A stretch of DNA of 64,000 bases from Eledone cirrhosa (lineage: Eukaryota), in NCBI GenBank assembly GCA_964016885.1, contig OZ024762.1, positions 12,462,001 to 12,526,000 on the forward strand, given 5' to 3'. This document shows, in pieces, positions 39,719 to 52,926 of the stretch. Position 1 is the stretch's first letter, and every line of letters starts with the position of its first letter. A model generated the notes under the pieces. That model was not told the DNA's origin. It made no database searches and saw only the letters and a list, made by a program, of their open reading frames with translations. The position numbers and the translations under genes were made by a program.

Positions 39719-39803
39719 TATAAATACCCAGACATAACCAAACCAGATATTCTGAGAGCCATTGGAGTCTACACAGACCTTCAACCAGCTCGGGATACAT
39801 TTG
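39719..39803 (+). CDS. TSG101: TSG101 coding exon 2 (UEV domain)
   Basis: TTTCAG|YKYPDITKPDILRAIGVYTDLQPARDTF-G|GTGAGT, 85 nt. Confidence 0.92.
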
Positions 39804-39989
39804 GTGAGTACTGTGCTCAGGACTGTGACAAGTATTTACATTCACCCTCCTCTCTTCCACACAATCACCCCACCAGCATGTCTTTTTTTGATCTTGCCAC
39901 TTTATAAGTTCTTATATTTCAGGGATAAAATCCCTTTGTCACAAATAGAGGAAACTAATTCAAAGTTTTATATTTTTTATTGCTCTTAA

Positions 39990-40517
39990 CCCTTTAGCAT
40001 TTACATTACTCTATATATACTATTATATTTTCACAGTAAAGGCTTTACCTCACATAATATCTCACATAACATTTACATTACTCTATATATACTATTGTAT
40101 TTTCACAGTAAAGGATTTACCTTACATAATATCTCACATAGCATTTACATTACTCTATATATACTATTGTATTTTCACAGTAATGGCTTTACCTCACATA
40201 ACATTTACATTACTCTATATATACTATTGTATTTTCACTGTAAAGGCTTTACCTCACATAATATCTCACATAACATTTACATTACTCTATATATACTATT
40301 GTATTTTCACAGTAAAGGATTTACCTCACATAATATAGAATCTATGAGATTTTGATAATATTTATTTTAAAAACAATACCTTAACATTAGTATAAGTGGC
40401 CGGTTACTGCCGGTTTGAACAGAAAGAGGTGAGAGAATTCTGGCCAGATACGGCTGGTTTTAACGGAAATAGGTGAGAGAATTCTGGCTGGAAACAGCCA
40501 GTTTAAATGGTAAAGGG
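39990..40517. mobile_element. piggyBac-like non-autonomous element with internal tandem repeats
   Basis: TTAA-CCCTTTAGCATTT...AAATGGTAAAGGG-TTA. A shorter copy lies at 46768-46988. Confidence 0.75.
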
Positions 40518-40706
40518 TTAGGCTGAAATTTTTCTGAAATATAAAAGACCTATAAAGAACTGGTAGGTAACATACCAATATTATCCTGTTTTTAATATTT
40601 ACCGTCCAATTGACATTGTCATAGCTTCTAAATAAAACACTTATTTTTCTACACCTTACCCAATATTTCAAGCAAACTACAACACCCACTGTTTCTTATA
40701 TTTTAG

Positions 40707-40772
40707 TTTTCAATAATGGTGTTGAGAAAGAATTGGTGAAGCTAGATGGAACAATTCCTGTTACTTACCGAG
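40707..40772 (+). CDS. TSG101: TSG101 coding exon 3
   Basis: TTTTAG|(V)FNNGVEKELVKLDGTIPVTYR-G|GTAAGT, 66 nt. Confidence 0.94.
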
Positions 40773-41362
40773 GTAAGTCTTATCTTTATCATCATTATAC
40801 GTCCATTTTTCCATGCTGACATGGGTTAGATGTTTTGTTCTGTTGTGGGTAATGTTAGGTCAGGTGACCATGTCTTGCTCATGTACAGCCTTATATATAA
40901 AATAATCTATGTGTATCATCATCATCATCATTTAATGTCCATTTTTTCCATGCTAGCATGGGTTAGATGAGATGTCCTGCTGTGAGACAAGACAGATCAA
41001 ATAATCGTGTCTTGCTCAAACAGAATTGTTTGTGGCTTAGTTTCTATGGCTTGATGCCCTTCCTAACACCTATAAGACCACTTTACAGTGTGTACTGAGT
41101 GCTTTTTGTAATGACACCAACACAACCACTTTACAGTGTGGACTGGGGGCTCAAATTGGAAACCTCCAAAATTGGTTTTATTTCATAGAACCAGAGCTGG
41201 TTTTGTTTGGGTTGGTAACTAAAGGGTTAAAACACTCTTAAACACTTTTCTCTTTCTGTTTTCTAATCTTAAAATTGTTCGTTCTCTTTATCATCGGAAA
41301 AATAAAGAAAATAAAAGACTTTAGCCAGCTATTGACCAATTGTTTGTTTTACCGTCTTGTAG

Positions 41363-41526
41363 AAAACAGATACAACATTCCCATATGCGTTTGGTTGTTC
41401 GATACCCATCCTCACTTTGCCCCGATTGTCTATGTGAAGCCGACACCCAACATGCAGATCAAGCCTGGAAGACATGTGGATCCTGATGGCAAAATTAATT
41501 TGCCTTACTTGTTGCAGTGGAAATAC
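41363..41526 (+). CDS. TSG101: TSG101 coding exon 4
   Basis: (E)NRYNIPICVWLFDTHP...YVKPT...HVDPDGKINLPYLLQWKY|GTAAGT, 164 nt, UEV core. Confidence 0.96.
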
Positions 41527-41931
41527 GTAAGTTTTAGTAAACCTGCCATCTTTATATCTATCTAAACACCATCAATACATCTATCTGAACACCGTCTATA
41601 TATCTCTCTAAACACCATCTATATATCTCTCTAAACGCCATCTATATATCTATCTAAACACCTTCAGTATATCTTTCTAAATGCCATCAATACATCTATT
41701 TAAACACCTTTTTATCTATCTAAACACCATCTATATATCTCTCTAAACACCTATCATAATTTTATGTAAGAACCTTTATGTTCTAAACACCAGCTTAATG
41801 AGACAATTTTCAAAACTTATTTGACTACTACAGGCAGTGTTCCTTCATTAGGCAATATGGGAAGTAAAGGGTTATTTTCACCTGCTTGACACTCCTACAT
41901 CTAATTTATTTATCTATTTTATTTACTTTAG

Positions 41932-42094
41932 CCTCAATCTGACCTCTTCGGACTCCTTACTATGCTGGCTACAAAGTTTGGTGAAGAACCTCCAGTGTTC
42001 TCCAAAGTCCAGCAACAGACTCCTGTAACAGATTGGCCTTCTAGTAATCCGATGACTCAGAATTCATCAAACTTGCCCTACCCTTCAAGACAAA
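41932..42094 (+). CDS. TSG101: TSG101 coding exon 5
   Basis: TTTAG|PQSDLFGLLTMLATKFGEEPPVFSK...LPYPSRQ-A|GTAAGT, 163 nt. Confidence 0.93.
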
Positions 42095-42315
42095 GTAAGT
42101 TGCTTTCTTTCTTTTAATTCTTCTTCATCTTCTTGTTGTTGTTGTTAAATAGAAAATAAAATTTACTACTTAGTCATGTCAAGTTTTAGCTGGCCTTTTA
42201 CGAGGTATCTCATAAGGGGTTTCTCAGGTATTTTATTGATAGGGACCCCACTCCTATCATGTTGTTAGAGCTCACACCTTTGTAGGTTTAGCTGGCCTTT
42301 TACAAGGTTGTATTC

Positions 42316-42346
<31 letters not shown>

Positions 42347-42789
42347 CATCACTGTACAATATACAGAATCAATGACATACGAGCTGTATATATCAACACT
42401 GAAATACTAACAATATAGGAACGATCGACTTTCGTCAAATTGGACCGAGGGAACAATGTTTCCGTTAGTCTTTCCAATTGCTAATACTATCTATCGGTCG
42501 CAACTCCAGGTAGAAGGAGCAACGTGAAATAAAGTGTCTTGCTCAAGGACATAACGCATCACCTGGTCCAGGAATCGAACTCACAACCTTACGATTGCGA
42601 ATCCAATTCTCTAACCACTCAGCCACACGCCTTCACTAACAATATAATATATATATATATGATAAACCATGTATGTGATACACTAATACAATATATAATC
42701 TATAATAACAATGTGATATACTAACATTATATAATATATATATATATATATATGTACATCATATATATATCATATAAATATATATATAT

Positions 42790-42827
42790 GAGCTGATGAT
42801 CTGTTTGAGGTGAAACAAATTGTTCTC
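42790..42827 (+). ncRNA. Minimal type-I hammerhead ribozyme motif in a TSG101 intron
   Basis: GAG-CTGATGA-TCTGTTTGAGGT-GAAA-CAAATTG-TT-CTC. Stem I is GAG/CTC and stem III is ACAA/TTGT. It starts an island of about 140 bp between (TA)n tracts. Confidence 0.6.
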
Positions 42828-42923
42828 GGAAATGGTGTATTAACTGTTGTGGAACTACTTCAACCAAACTCGTCCCATGGACTGAGTGCTCTACTACTGC
42901 AGATATAACGCACCAGCGTCCTA

Positions 42924-42959
<36 letters not shown>

Positions 42960-42961
<2 letters not shown>

Positions 42962-43255
42962 GGCCTTGCAATCGAAAGGTGAATTCTCAGACCGGATGAT
43001 GTGTTGTTTCCTTGAGCAAGACACTTTATTTCACATTGCTCCAGTTTCCTCAGCTGTAGAAATGAGATGATAGGGACTGGGTCCATATCATTCCACTGCA
43101 AAGTGGTCGTGGAGGTGCCACGGCAAAAAAGCACCCAGCACTCACTGTAAATGAGGTTGGTGTTAGGAAGGGCATCCAGCTGTAGAAATCAAGCCAGAAT
43201 CAGTTCCTGTCCCACCCTTGCAAGCAGGGAAAAGCGGACGTAAAATGATGATGAT
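42960..43255 (+). mobile_element. SINE family A copy (5'-truncated)
   Basis: Reverse complement of 2911-3245, ending GGACGTAAAATGATGATGAT. Confidence 0.9.
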
Positions 43256-44502
43256 ATATATACACATATGTCTACCTGTTGTATTATAACTGTACTTTAG
43301 ATGAAACACAGCGTAAGAAGTAAATCTTGGTTTTAAATGTCTGGTTTTCTCCTCCATATATTTCTGATTATACCCACTTTCTGCGATACGCGCTTGTTAA
43401 ATATTAACTTTACTATAATATTTAACATTGCATCTCTAAGCATTGAGCACACTTTGCTTCGGCTATAGGCATCTAATATATATAATATCATAGTTCTTTC
43501 TCCTCTAATCTTATGATATATGTCTCTTACTTTGATATATATATGTATATATATATAGAGATAGATATATATATATATATATGTGTGTGTGTGTATATAT
43601 ATACATACACACACACACACACACACATACTCTGTGTGTGTGTTGAACAATGAAGACGAGGCAAAGTTTAGTATTTAATCGGTTCATTGTTTTTATAATC
43701 AATTCAGAAGGTTGATTGATCATGATGGATCAATATATTGACTAATCGATAGTAGTTATGTAACTCTATATTATTAGTCTCAATACTTCAGATCCACACA
43801 CACACATATATATATATATTACTACTACTACTACTACATATATATACTACTACTAATAATATATATTCCATGCTAGTACTACTGCGTATATATATACTAC
43901 TACCACTACTACTAATAATAATATATATATCATATTACTACTACTACTAATATATATATATATATACATATATATACTTTTATATGTTATACTACTTTTA
44001 CTAAGAATATCAATAACATATATACTTATATATATTCTATGCTACTACTAATATATATATATATATATATACACATATATATATACGATATATATGAGTA
44101 TATATATGTGTATATATATATATGTGTATATATATATACACATATATATACACATATATATACACATATATATACACATATATATACACATATATATACA
44201 CATATATATACACATATATATACACACATATATATACACACATATATATACACATATATATACACATATATATACACATATATATACACATATATATACA
44301 CATATATATACACACATATATACACACATATATATACACATATATATACACATATATATACACATATATATACACATATATATACACACATATATATACA
44401 CATATATATACTCATATATATACTCATATATATCGTATACTACTAATATATATATAGTATACAACTAATAATATATATTGTTTTCAAATTCCTTTGTTTC
44501 AG

Positions 44503-44745
44503 GTCCCTTCATGCCAAGTCCTGCAACTTCAAGCAGTATGCCAGCTTATCCTTTACCTTATACAACCCCACAGACCACTGCTAGTTCTTACTACCCGCCT
44601 AATTTAAATAACCCTCTAGCTTACCCTTCACAGCCTCCGTACCCGATGTACAATACACCCTATCCCGGATACCCGCCGTACTCTGAACCGACTTCTTCGG
44701 TTACCACCTCAACGCCCATGTTTGGGCTCAACTCGACAACAACAG
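44503..44745 (+). CDS. TSG101: TSG101 coding exon 6 (Pro/Tyr-rich region)
   Basis: TTTCAG|(S)PFMPSP...QPPYPMYNTPYPGYPPY...STTT-G|GTAATT, 243 nt, phases 1/1. Confidence 0.88.
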
Positions 44746-44829
44746 GTAATTCTCACCCTTAACGCATGCGTCGTTTCTCTACCTCAACAGATACCCATCT
44801 TCTTCACACCCTTACACATGCATTGTTTC

Positions 44830-45550
44830 TAGAGCTGGGCACTAGAGCTGAACAGAGGTCCTTCATTGTCACACCCTGACACATCAGGGCTTCTAGAGCT
44901 GGACTGGTACCTTTCATTGTCACACCCTGACACATGGAGGGTTTTTAGAGCTGGACTGGTACCCTTCTTTGTCACACCCTGACACATGGAGGGTTTCTAG
45001 AGCTGAACAGAGACCCTTCTTTGTCACACCCTGACACATGGAGGGTTTCTAGAGCTGAACAGAGACCCTCCTTTGTCGCACCCTGACACATGGAGGGTTT
45101 CTAGAGCTGAACAGAGACCCTCCTTTGTCGCACCCTGACACATGGAGGGTTTCTAGAGCTGAACAGAGACCCTTCTTTGTCACACCCTGACACATGGAGG
45201 GTTTCTAGAGCTGAACAGAGACCCTTCTTTGTCACACCCTGACACATGGAGGGTTTCTAGAGCTGAACAGAGACCCTTCTTTGTCACACCCTGACACATG
45301 GAGGGTTTCTAGAGCTGAACAGAGACCCTTCTTTGTCACACCCTGACACATGGAGGGTTTCTAGAGCTGAACAGAGACCCTTCTTTGTCACACCCTGACA
45401 CATGGAGGGTTTCTAGAGCTGAACAGAGACCCTTCTTTGTCACACCCTGACACATGGAGGGTTTCTAGAGCTGAACAGAGACCCTTCTTTGTCACACCCT
45501 GACACATGGAGGGTTTCTAGAGCTGAACAGAGACCCTTCTTTGTCACACC
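44830..45550. repeat. 52-bp tandem repeat, about 13 copies
   Basis: Unit TTTGTCACACCCTGACACATGGAGGGTTTCTAGAGCTGAACAGAGACCCTTC. Confidence 0.95.
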
Positions 45551-46767
45551 AATTCTTCTTCTTTTTTTCTCTGCAATTTTCAAATTGCTTTCTTGTTTTC
45601 ATGAGGTGTTTTTATGGTCTTTTGTTTTGTGTGTGTCTTTTTTTTCTTATTCTTTTTTTTTGTTGTTTTGAGGGTGGGGCTAAATACATTTCTCTGTGAG
45701 GTGGTCATGCTGGAGTCACAATAAAATGCTCCCAGTACACATTTTGTAAGGTGGTTGTGCGTTTTATTGTGGCACTAACTCTACTACTTAACATAGTGTA
45801 CTGGATGTATTTTATCGTGGCACCAGATGTCTTTAACAGATGTTTAGTGAAACCAGATGTTTAGTGACACCAGATGTCTTTTACAGATGTTTAGTGAAAC
45901 CAGATGTCTTTAACAAATGTTTAATGACATCAGATGTCTCTAGAAATATTGATGTCTTTAATAAAATATTTAAAAGTTACTCCCATGTTGGGAACTGCTA
46001 CTTTAGCCAAAGATGGTCTTCCTTTGACATCCAATCTATTTAACCCCAGGCCCTGTCCAATCCATGCCAACTTTGAAAGTGGTCATAAAATGATGATTAT
46101 GATTAACAATATGTGAGATTTTAGCATTTATCATTAACAATATTTAATTTCTGTTAATATATGTTAATATGAGTGTTTTAACAATATATAATTTATACTA
46201 ATATATGTTTAATTTGTTAATATATGAGTTTTTTAACATTACTTAATTTGTTAATATTTAATTTATGTTAATATATGAGTGATTTAACAATAATTAATTT
46301 ATGTTAAAGTTTAATATTTAATTTGTTTTGATATGTTTAATTTATGAGGTGTTAACAATATTCAATTTATGTTGATATATGAAGTTTTAACATTCAATTT
46401 ATGTTAATATATGAGGTTTTAACAATATTTAATTTGTTAATGAGGTGTTAACAATATTTACACACAACTTGCTGTGTGTTTCAATTAATTTTGAAAATAA
46501 CGAAGAATTTGGAAGTAATTAGTAAAAAAAACTAATATCTTCATTATTACGGGGTCGATAAAATAAAGTACCAGTAATGCACTGGGTATTTGCTGGCCTT
46601 TGCCTAACGTAGAAACAATTATTAAGTTGGTGTGTGGAACATAACTTAACAAAGGTTCTTAGATAACATTATGATAAAATGATTAACTCAGTATTAACAC
46701 CGTATTTCAGTTAATTAATAAACAATTTAGAGGTAATTACTAAGATTATTAATTATTTTAACATTAA

Positions 46768-46988
46768 CCATTTAACATTCACATTACTCTATATTTACAA
46801 TTGTATTTTTGTGGTAAAGGCTTTATCTTACATAATTATCTCACATAATATACAATCTATGAGATTTTGATATTATTTGTTTTGAGAACAATACCTTAAC
46901 ATCAGTATGAGTGGCCTGTTATGGTTGGTTTAAACAAAAAGAGGTGAGAGAATTCTGGCCGGATACAGCTGGTTTAAATGCTAAAGGG
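46768..46988. mobile_element. piggyBac-like non-autonomous element
   Basis: TTAA flanks, ends AAATGCTAAAGGG, homologous to 39990-40517. Confidence 0.7.
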
Positions 46989-47101
46989 TTAAAAAAATGA
47001 ATTTTTAAAAGGCTGGTTTTGTTTCATAGAAGCAAGGGGTGGTCTCACGTTGATTAGTAGGAAAAAGGGGCTGACTCTGGTTTCTTGTTTCCACCCCTCA
47101 G

Positions 47102-47229
47102 GAACCCATTTAACACAGACTGTATCTGGTACTAGTACTGTGACAGAGGAACACATCAAGGCATCTCTGATATCTGCTGTTGAAGAGACATTGAAGCGAC
47201 GTCTGAAAGAAACATTTGCCCAAGCTCAG
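47102..47229 (+). CDS. TSG101: TSG101 coding exon 7
   Basis: CCTCAG|(G)THLTQTVSGTSTVTEEHIKASLISAVEETLKRRLKETFAQAQ|GTTAGC, 128 nt. Confidence 0.93.
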
Positions 47230-47504
47230 GTTAGCAACAATCAACTCTAAATTTTTTAACAAATCTTTCCCCTCAGTCTTTTATGATTTAACAAAATTCC
47301 AACCAAGACTTTTGCTTTAGTTTTCCATTTTTTGTTTTTATTTAACCTCTCTCTCTCTCTCTCAAATTAAATCATACACAAAACGCCAGCACCAACAGTT
47401 TTGCAAGAGATGTCATCATGAATGGACCTGTTATTTTTATCTAAAGACATTTTTTTCCAATTCCATTCCGCTCGTCCCCTCAATCTATCTTATTTCTCAT
47501 TCTT

Positions 47505-47540
47505 TCTTCTGATGAAGGACTAGCATCCGAAACGTTAAGA
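47505..47540 (+). ncRNA. Minimal type-I hammerhead ribozyme motif in a TSG101 intron
   Basis: TCTT-CTGATGA-A-GGA-CTAGCA-TCC-GAAA-CG-TT-AAGA. The palindromic AACGTT stem III is typical of dimer-acting PLE hammerheads. Confidence 0.7.
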
Positions 47541-48072
47541 CCCTCTTCCTGCTACATCAAGCGTTAACCTAATATATCCCTCCCATATACCGACCCGATT
47601 GTGTTTACCTTTTACATACATATATGTGTATATATATATATATATATATTATAGAGAGCCAGCTGTAAAATACCTGGCCAAATTTACAGTCCTTGCCGGA
47701 CCAAGGTGTGACATGGTCAGACTTGCCTCCCGGCATGGACTACCCATCTATGGAAGAATTGACACTAAATGGAAATGATGCTTCCGAAAGTCATGGAGCT
47801 GTACTGTTTTCCGATTTTGTAAGCATGTCCATGGGTGTTAGACATATGGAATTCAAAAAGGTGCTCAGGGTTGTTGTTGGAAAGATGGTTAATAATCTCG
47901 TGGATGTCTACCAAGTCAATTGCCAGAAGTCAGGTGTAAAATTCAATTAAATCGACCCCAGGAGTTTGATTAATGTTATTTATTATCTTTCTATACCAAA
48001 CTCTGAATAACTAGCGACCTGCCGTACTCAGTGTTGTTGTTGGCAAGATGGTCAGTAATTTGTGTACATGTC

Positions 48073-48520
48073 TTAGTGGTTAGAGCATTGGGATAACAAT
48101 CATAAGGCTGTGAGTTTGATTCTCGGATTGGAATTTGTGTTGTGTTCTTGAGCAAGACACTTTATTTCGTGTTGTTCCAGTTTACCCAGCTGTAGAAATG
48201 AGTTGTGATGTCACTGGTGCCAAGTTGTATCAGCTATTGATTTCCCTTGGACATCATCATATATTGTGTGTATATACTCTATATAGTGTATATATAATAT
48301 AATGTATATATATAGTTGTGATGTCACTGGTGCCAAGTTGTATCAGCCATTGCCTTTCCCTTGGATAACATTGGCTGCGTAGCGAGGTGAGACTGGTGTT
48401 CATGGTTGACGGCTGGTCTTCCACAAACAACCTTGCCTGGACTTGTGCCTCGTAAGGGAACTTTCTAGGAGCAAATCCCATGGCCATTCGTGACCGAAGG
48501 GGATCTTTACCCTTTACCAA
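48073..48520 (+). mobile_element. SINE with a family A-type head, interrupted and partly duplicated around a TA tract
   Basis: TAGTGGTTAGAGC...GAGTTTGATTC...TTGAGCAAGACACTTTATTTC, ending TTTACCCTTTACC. Confidence 0.7.
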
Positions 48521-48615
48521 GTCAGTTGCTAGTCGTCAAATGTCTTGTTAAATTCCTATTTCATCCTCGAGGCTTCTCTGGTCATCTTTTGTAAACTTCT
48601 TCTTCAAAATTTCAG

Positions 48616-48842
48616 GCTGAAATGGATACACTGTATAAAACCCAGAATGACCTCCAAAAGGGCCGCGAGTGTCTGGAGAAAATGATGAAGTCTTTGGAAC
48701 AAGAGAAGGATGAAGTGGAGAAGAATATTTCTATACTGAAGGAGAAAAATGCTGAACTGAAGGAAACGTTGAACAAAATGGAGAACCAAGGAGAATTGAA
48801 GATTGATGAAGCTGTTGTTACGACAACACCACTCTACAGACA
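48616..48842 (+). CDS. TSG101: TSG101 coding exon 8 (coiled coil)
   Basis: TTTCAG|AEMDTLYKTQNDLQKG...IDEAVVTTTPLYR-CA|GTACGT, 227 nt. Confidence 0.94.
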
Positions 48843-48873
48843 GTACGTGTCTTATATATACACATGTATATAT

Positions 48874-48919
<46 letters not shown>

Positions 48920-48975
48920 CATCATCATCATTTGTTGTATTCATATATATACACACATGTATACATATATACATT

Positions 48976-49007
<32 letters not shown>

Positions 49008-49272
49008 CACCTGTATACATAGTCGCATGTACATACATATACACAGTCATATATATATACATATATACATATACCAGTATACACACAGTCACATATACAT
49101 ATACACGTGTGCATTTGTATACAGACATTCATATATATACACTGGTATACATACACACACTCAGACATATACAGCAGTACACATAATATTCATATATATA
49201 TATATACACACACCTGGACACACACACACATACATATATATTCCTATCATCATCATCATCCATTTTATCTAC

Positions 49273-49307
<35 letters not shown>

Positions 49308-49317
49308 ATAATTTCAG

Positions 49318-49420
49318 ATTGTTGAATGCGTTTGCTAAAGAACAAGCTATAGAAGACACCATTTACTATTTAGGGGAAGCTTTACGTCGGAGTGTCATAG
49401 ACCTTGATATCTTTCTCAAA
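49318..49420 (+). CDS. TSG101: TSG101 coding exon 9 (steadiness box)
   Basis: TTTCAG|(Q)LLNAFAKEQAIEDTIYYLGEALRRSVIDLDIFLK|GTAAGT, 103 nt. Confidence 0.96.
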
Positions 49421-49549
49421 GTAAGTCACCCTATATCTCACTTTATTTCTGTCTCACACCTCACAATACTCACGGTGTACTGGGTACATTTTATTGGGGT
49501 ACCAGCATTGAATATAAATACATTAGCGTGAATTAGTATTGCCTCTTAA

Positions 49550-49888
49550 CAGTCTGTGTAGCTCGGAGATTAGAAAGTTGCTCCAGGTAGAGCTGCTACT
49601 TCTCCAAATTGAAATATCACAGCTCTGGTACTACAGACATGTGGTGAGAATGATCCAGGAAAGAATCTCTGGACAGATTTTACAGGCAAAACCAACCAAC
49701 AGGAGACCCAGGAGTAGACCCCGAGCAAGATGGTTGGATAGCATCCATGATATTGGCTGGTCTCACTTAGTGGGATCCAGCCAGATCAGTTAGAGACTGT
49801 TGCTTCTGACAGGACCAACTGGAAGGTGTGTTTGAGGACTCTGCTCCCGACTACACTCTCAGGAATAAGTGGGAGGAGAAGAAGAAAA
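49550..49888 (+). mobile_element. RTE-clade LINE 3' fragment
   Basis: Translation SSEIRKLLQVE...QLWYYRHVVRM...RRPRSRPRARWLD, with a GAAGAAG tail. Confidence 0.8.
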
Positions 49889-50113
49889 CCGTCAGTAGTG
49901 ATGGTGGTTATAATGATGTTGATTAAATTATTTTTTTCTCTTAATTTTACTTTTAAATGAATTTAATTTTTGAGGTTGCAAAATTGAACATATTTTCATT
50001 TTATCTCTTCCACCATTTCTCACTCTCACCCTCTCTCTCTTCCACCATTTCTCACTCTCACCCTCTCTCTCTTCCACCATTTCTCACTCTCACCCTCTCT
50101 CTCTTCCCCACAG

Positions 50114-50203
50114 CAAGTCCGTGAGCTGTCACGGGACCAGTTTATGTTGCGTGCTATTATCCAGAAGTGTCGTGAAAAAGCCGGTCTTCCGGCTCTCACC
50201 TAA
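50114..50203 (+). CDS. TSG101: TSG101 last coding exon
   Basis: CCACAG|QVRELSRDQFMLRAIIQKCREKAGLPALT*, 90 nt. Confidence 0.95.
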   Translation, partial: QVRELSRDQFMLRAIIQKCREKAGLPALT

Positions 50204-50293
50204 ACATTACTCCAACAACAACCACAACCACTGAAAGGAGCCCCCTTCCGAGGAACTTCGACCAACAATTTCTTAAATGGTCTTTTAATATAC

Positions 50294-50339
<46 letters not shown>

Positions 50340-50379
50340 GTAAAACAAATTAACCATATAGTTACTTCATATTTGCGTT

Positions 50380-50421
50380 ATATATATATATATATACACA
50401 CATACATATACTTAAATTTAA

Positions 50422-50498
<77 letters not shown>

Positions 50499-50516
50499 CA
50501 CACGTGTGTGTGTGTG

Positions 50517-50576
<60 letters not shown>

Positions 50577-50622
50577 CACACATATATATTTATATGTATA
50601 CACACGTGTGTGTGTGTGTGTG

Positions 50623-50682
<60 letters not shown>

Positions 50683-50726
50683 CACACATATATATTTATA
50701 TGTATACACACGTGTGTGTGTGTGTG

Positions 50727-50786
<60 letters not shown>

Positions 50787-50832
50787 CACACATATATATT
50801 TATATGTATACACACGTGTGTGTGTGTGTGTG

Positions 50833-50898
<66 letters not shown>

Positions 50899-50944
50899 CA
50901 CACATATATATTTATATGTATACACACGTGTGTGTGTGTGTGTG

Positions 50945-51018
<74 letters not shown>

Positions 51019-51023
51019 CACAC

Positions 51024-51054
<31 letters not shown>

Positions 51055-51072
51055 CACACACATATATATATA
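50380..51072. repeat. Repeated compound microsatellite block with (CA)n and (TG)n arms
   Basis: About 6 units of about 100 bp, each containing TATACACACGTGTGTG. Confidence 0.9.
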
Positions 51073-52038
51073 TCCTTCGATGAATTTATATATTTTTTTC
51101 AAATAATTTTTTTTTTTTACTATTTTGTTTGTCAGCTTTAAGATTGTGAGAGGTGGGGTGGGGGCTCATTAAATGAACGGAACTGTAAACAGGTTTATTT
51201 CTGTTTCTTTATATTTATAACTCTTCCATTTTCTTTTTCATTTGTTTTTTTTAATTATGATTATTATTTCTTTTTGCTTTGTTTTTAAATTATCGATTGA
51301 AACAGATCCCCTTTTTATAACCAAACACACATATATATATATACATATACACACATACATACATACATATATATACACACACATATATATACATAGATAT
51401 ATACACACATACATATATACATATGTATATACACATATATACATATATATGTACATACATACATACATATATATACACACACATATATATATACATAGAT
51501 ATATACACACATACATATATACATATGTATATACACATATATACATATATATGTACATACATACATACATAAATATACATATATGGCCTCACCCCCTCAG
51601 CTGGAATGCAAATAATATATATATATGTATATATATATATACATACATATATATATATATATACATTCACACATATACACACATGCATACACAAACTAAA
51701 GTACCAGTTGTTTACTGGGGCTCAATATACCCTACATTCCCCTCCACCCACCCCTTGTACCTATGTTAGAAGTCATTATTGAAATATAACAACACTCTTG
51801 TTTCACATGTTAACACCAAAATCATTCGAATATCAATAATGTACACACACATGCATAGACATATACATACATGCATGCATGCATGCATGCATGCTTGTAT
51901 GCATGCATGCATACAAGTTTATCCTGGATTCAATCGGAGGTAACCACAGTAAGAAATAGAAAAGGCTTCTATAGGACTAGAACTGTTTCATTCTGTAGAA
52001 GCCATTTATATATATATATACACACACATATACATACC

Positions 52039-52074
<36 letters not shown>

Positions 52075-52453
52075 TACCTATATATATATATATACACACA
52101 TATACATACCTATATATATATACACACACACATATATACATATATATGCACATACATACACATACATTAATCTCTAGATAGATATCAATAAATATATCAA
52201 TAATATTGGTGATTTAATTATTTTGTATTGATTTCAGCTGTTATAATAATAATAGTAACATTGATAATAATTGTTTCTACTTTTGGCACAAGGCCAGCAA
52301 TTATCCCAGTCTATTACTGGTACTTTATTTTATGACACCAATAATTCACATTATTGTTATATAACACATATACATACACATACACATATATACACACTCA
52401 CAGCACACACTCTAGACTACCACAACACACACGCCCTACACATACACATATAT

Positions 52454-52497
<44 letters not shown>

Positions 52498-52926
52498 TCA
52501 CACACACCCCACATATCTGACACTGAGACACATATAATAACACATACACAATGTAGTCAGCCAAATAACACAGCAGACACTACACAGAAGGTTTACACAA
52601 CAGACACTACACAATATTTACACAGCAGACACTACACAATATTTACACAACAGACACTACACAGAATATTTACGCAACAGATACTGGAAGCTAAACATCA
52701 GAAAACAGAACCACAATGTTGCATCAAACCAAAAACATAGGACAATAAATATATTAAAAATAAAATATAACAGACTGCTGCACACAAAAAGGTGCACCAG
52801 CTGACACATTAGAAAGTCGCATGAAACTGTTGAAATAATAATAGTAAAACGAAATGCATAATAAATTTGTTGCCTAATTTGGAATTATTTTTGTTATTAG
52901 TTTCATAATTTAACTTCATCTTGGTT

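Noticed and set aside
47693-47950. 85-aa ORF in a TSG101 intron
   Set aside because: Not needed, since exons 7 and 8 join in phase. No recognisable similarity.
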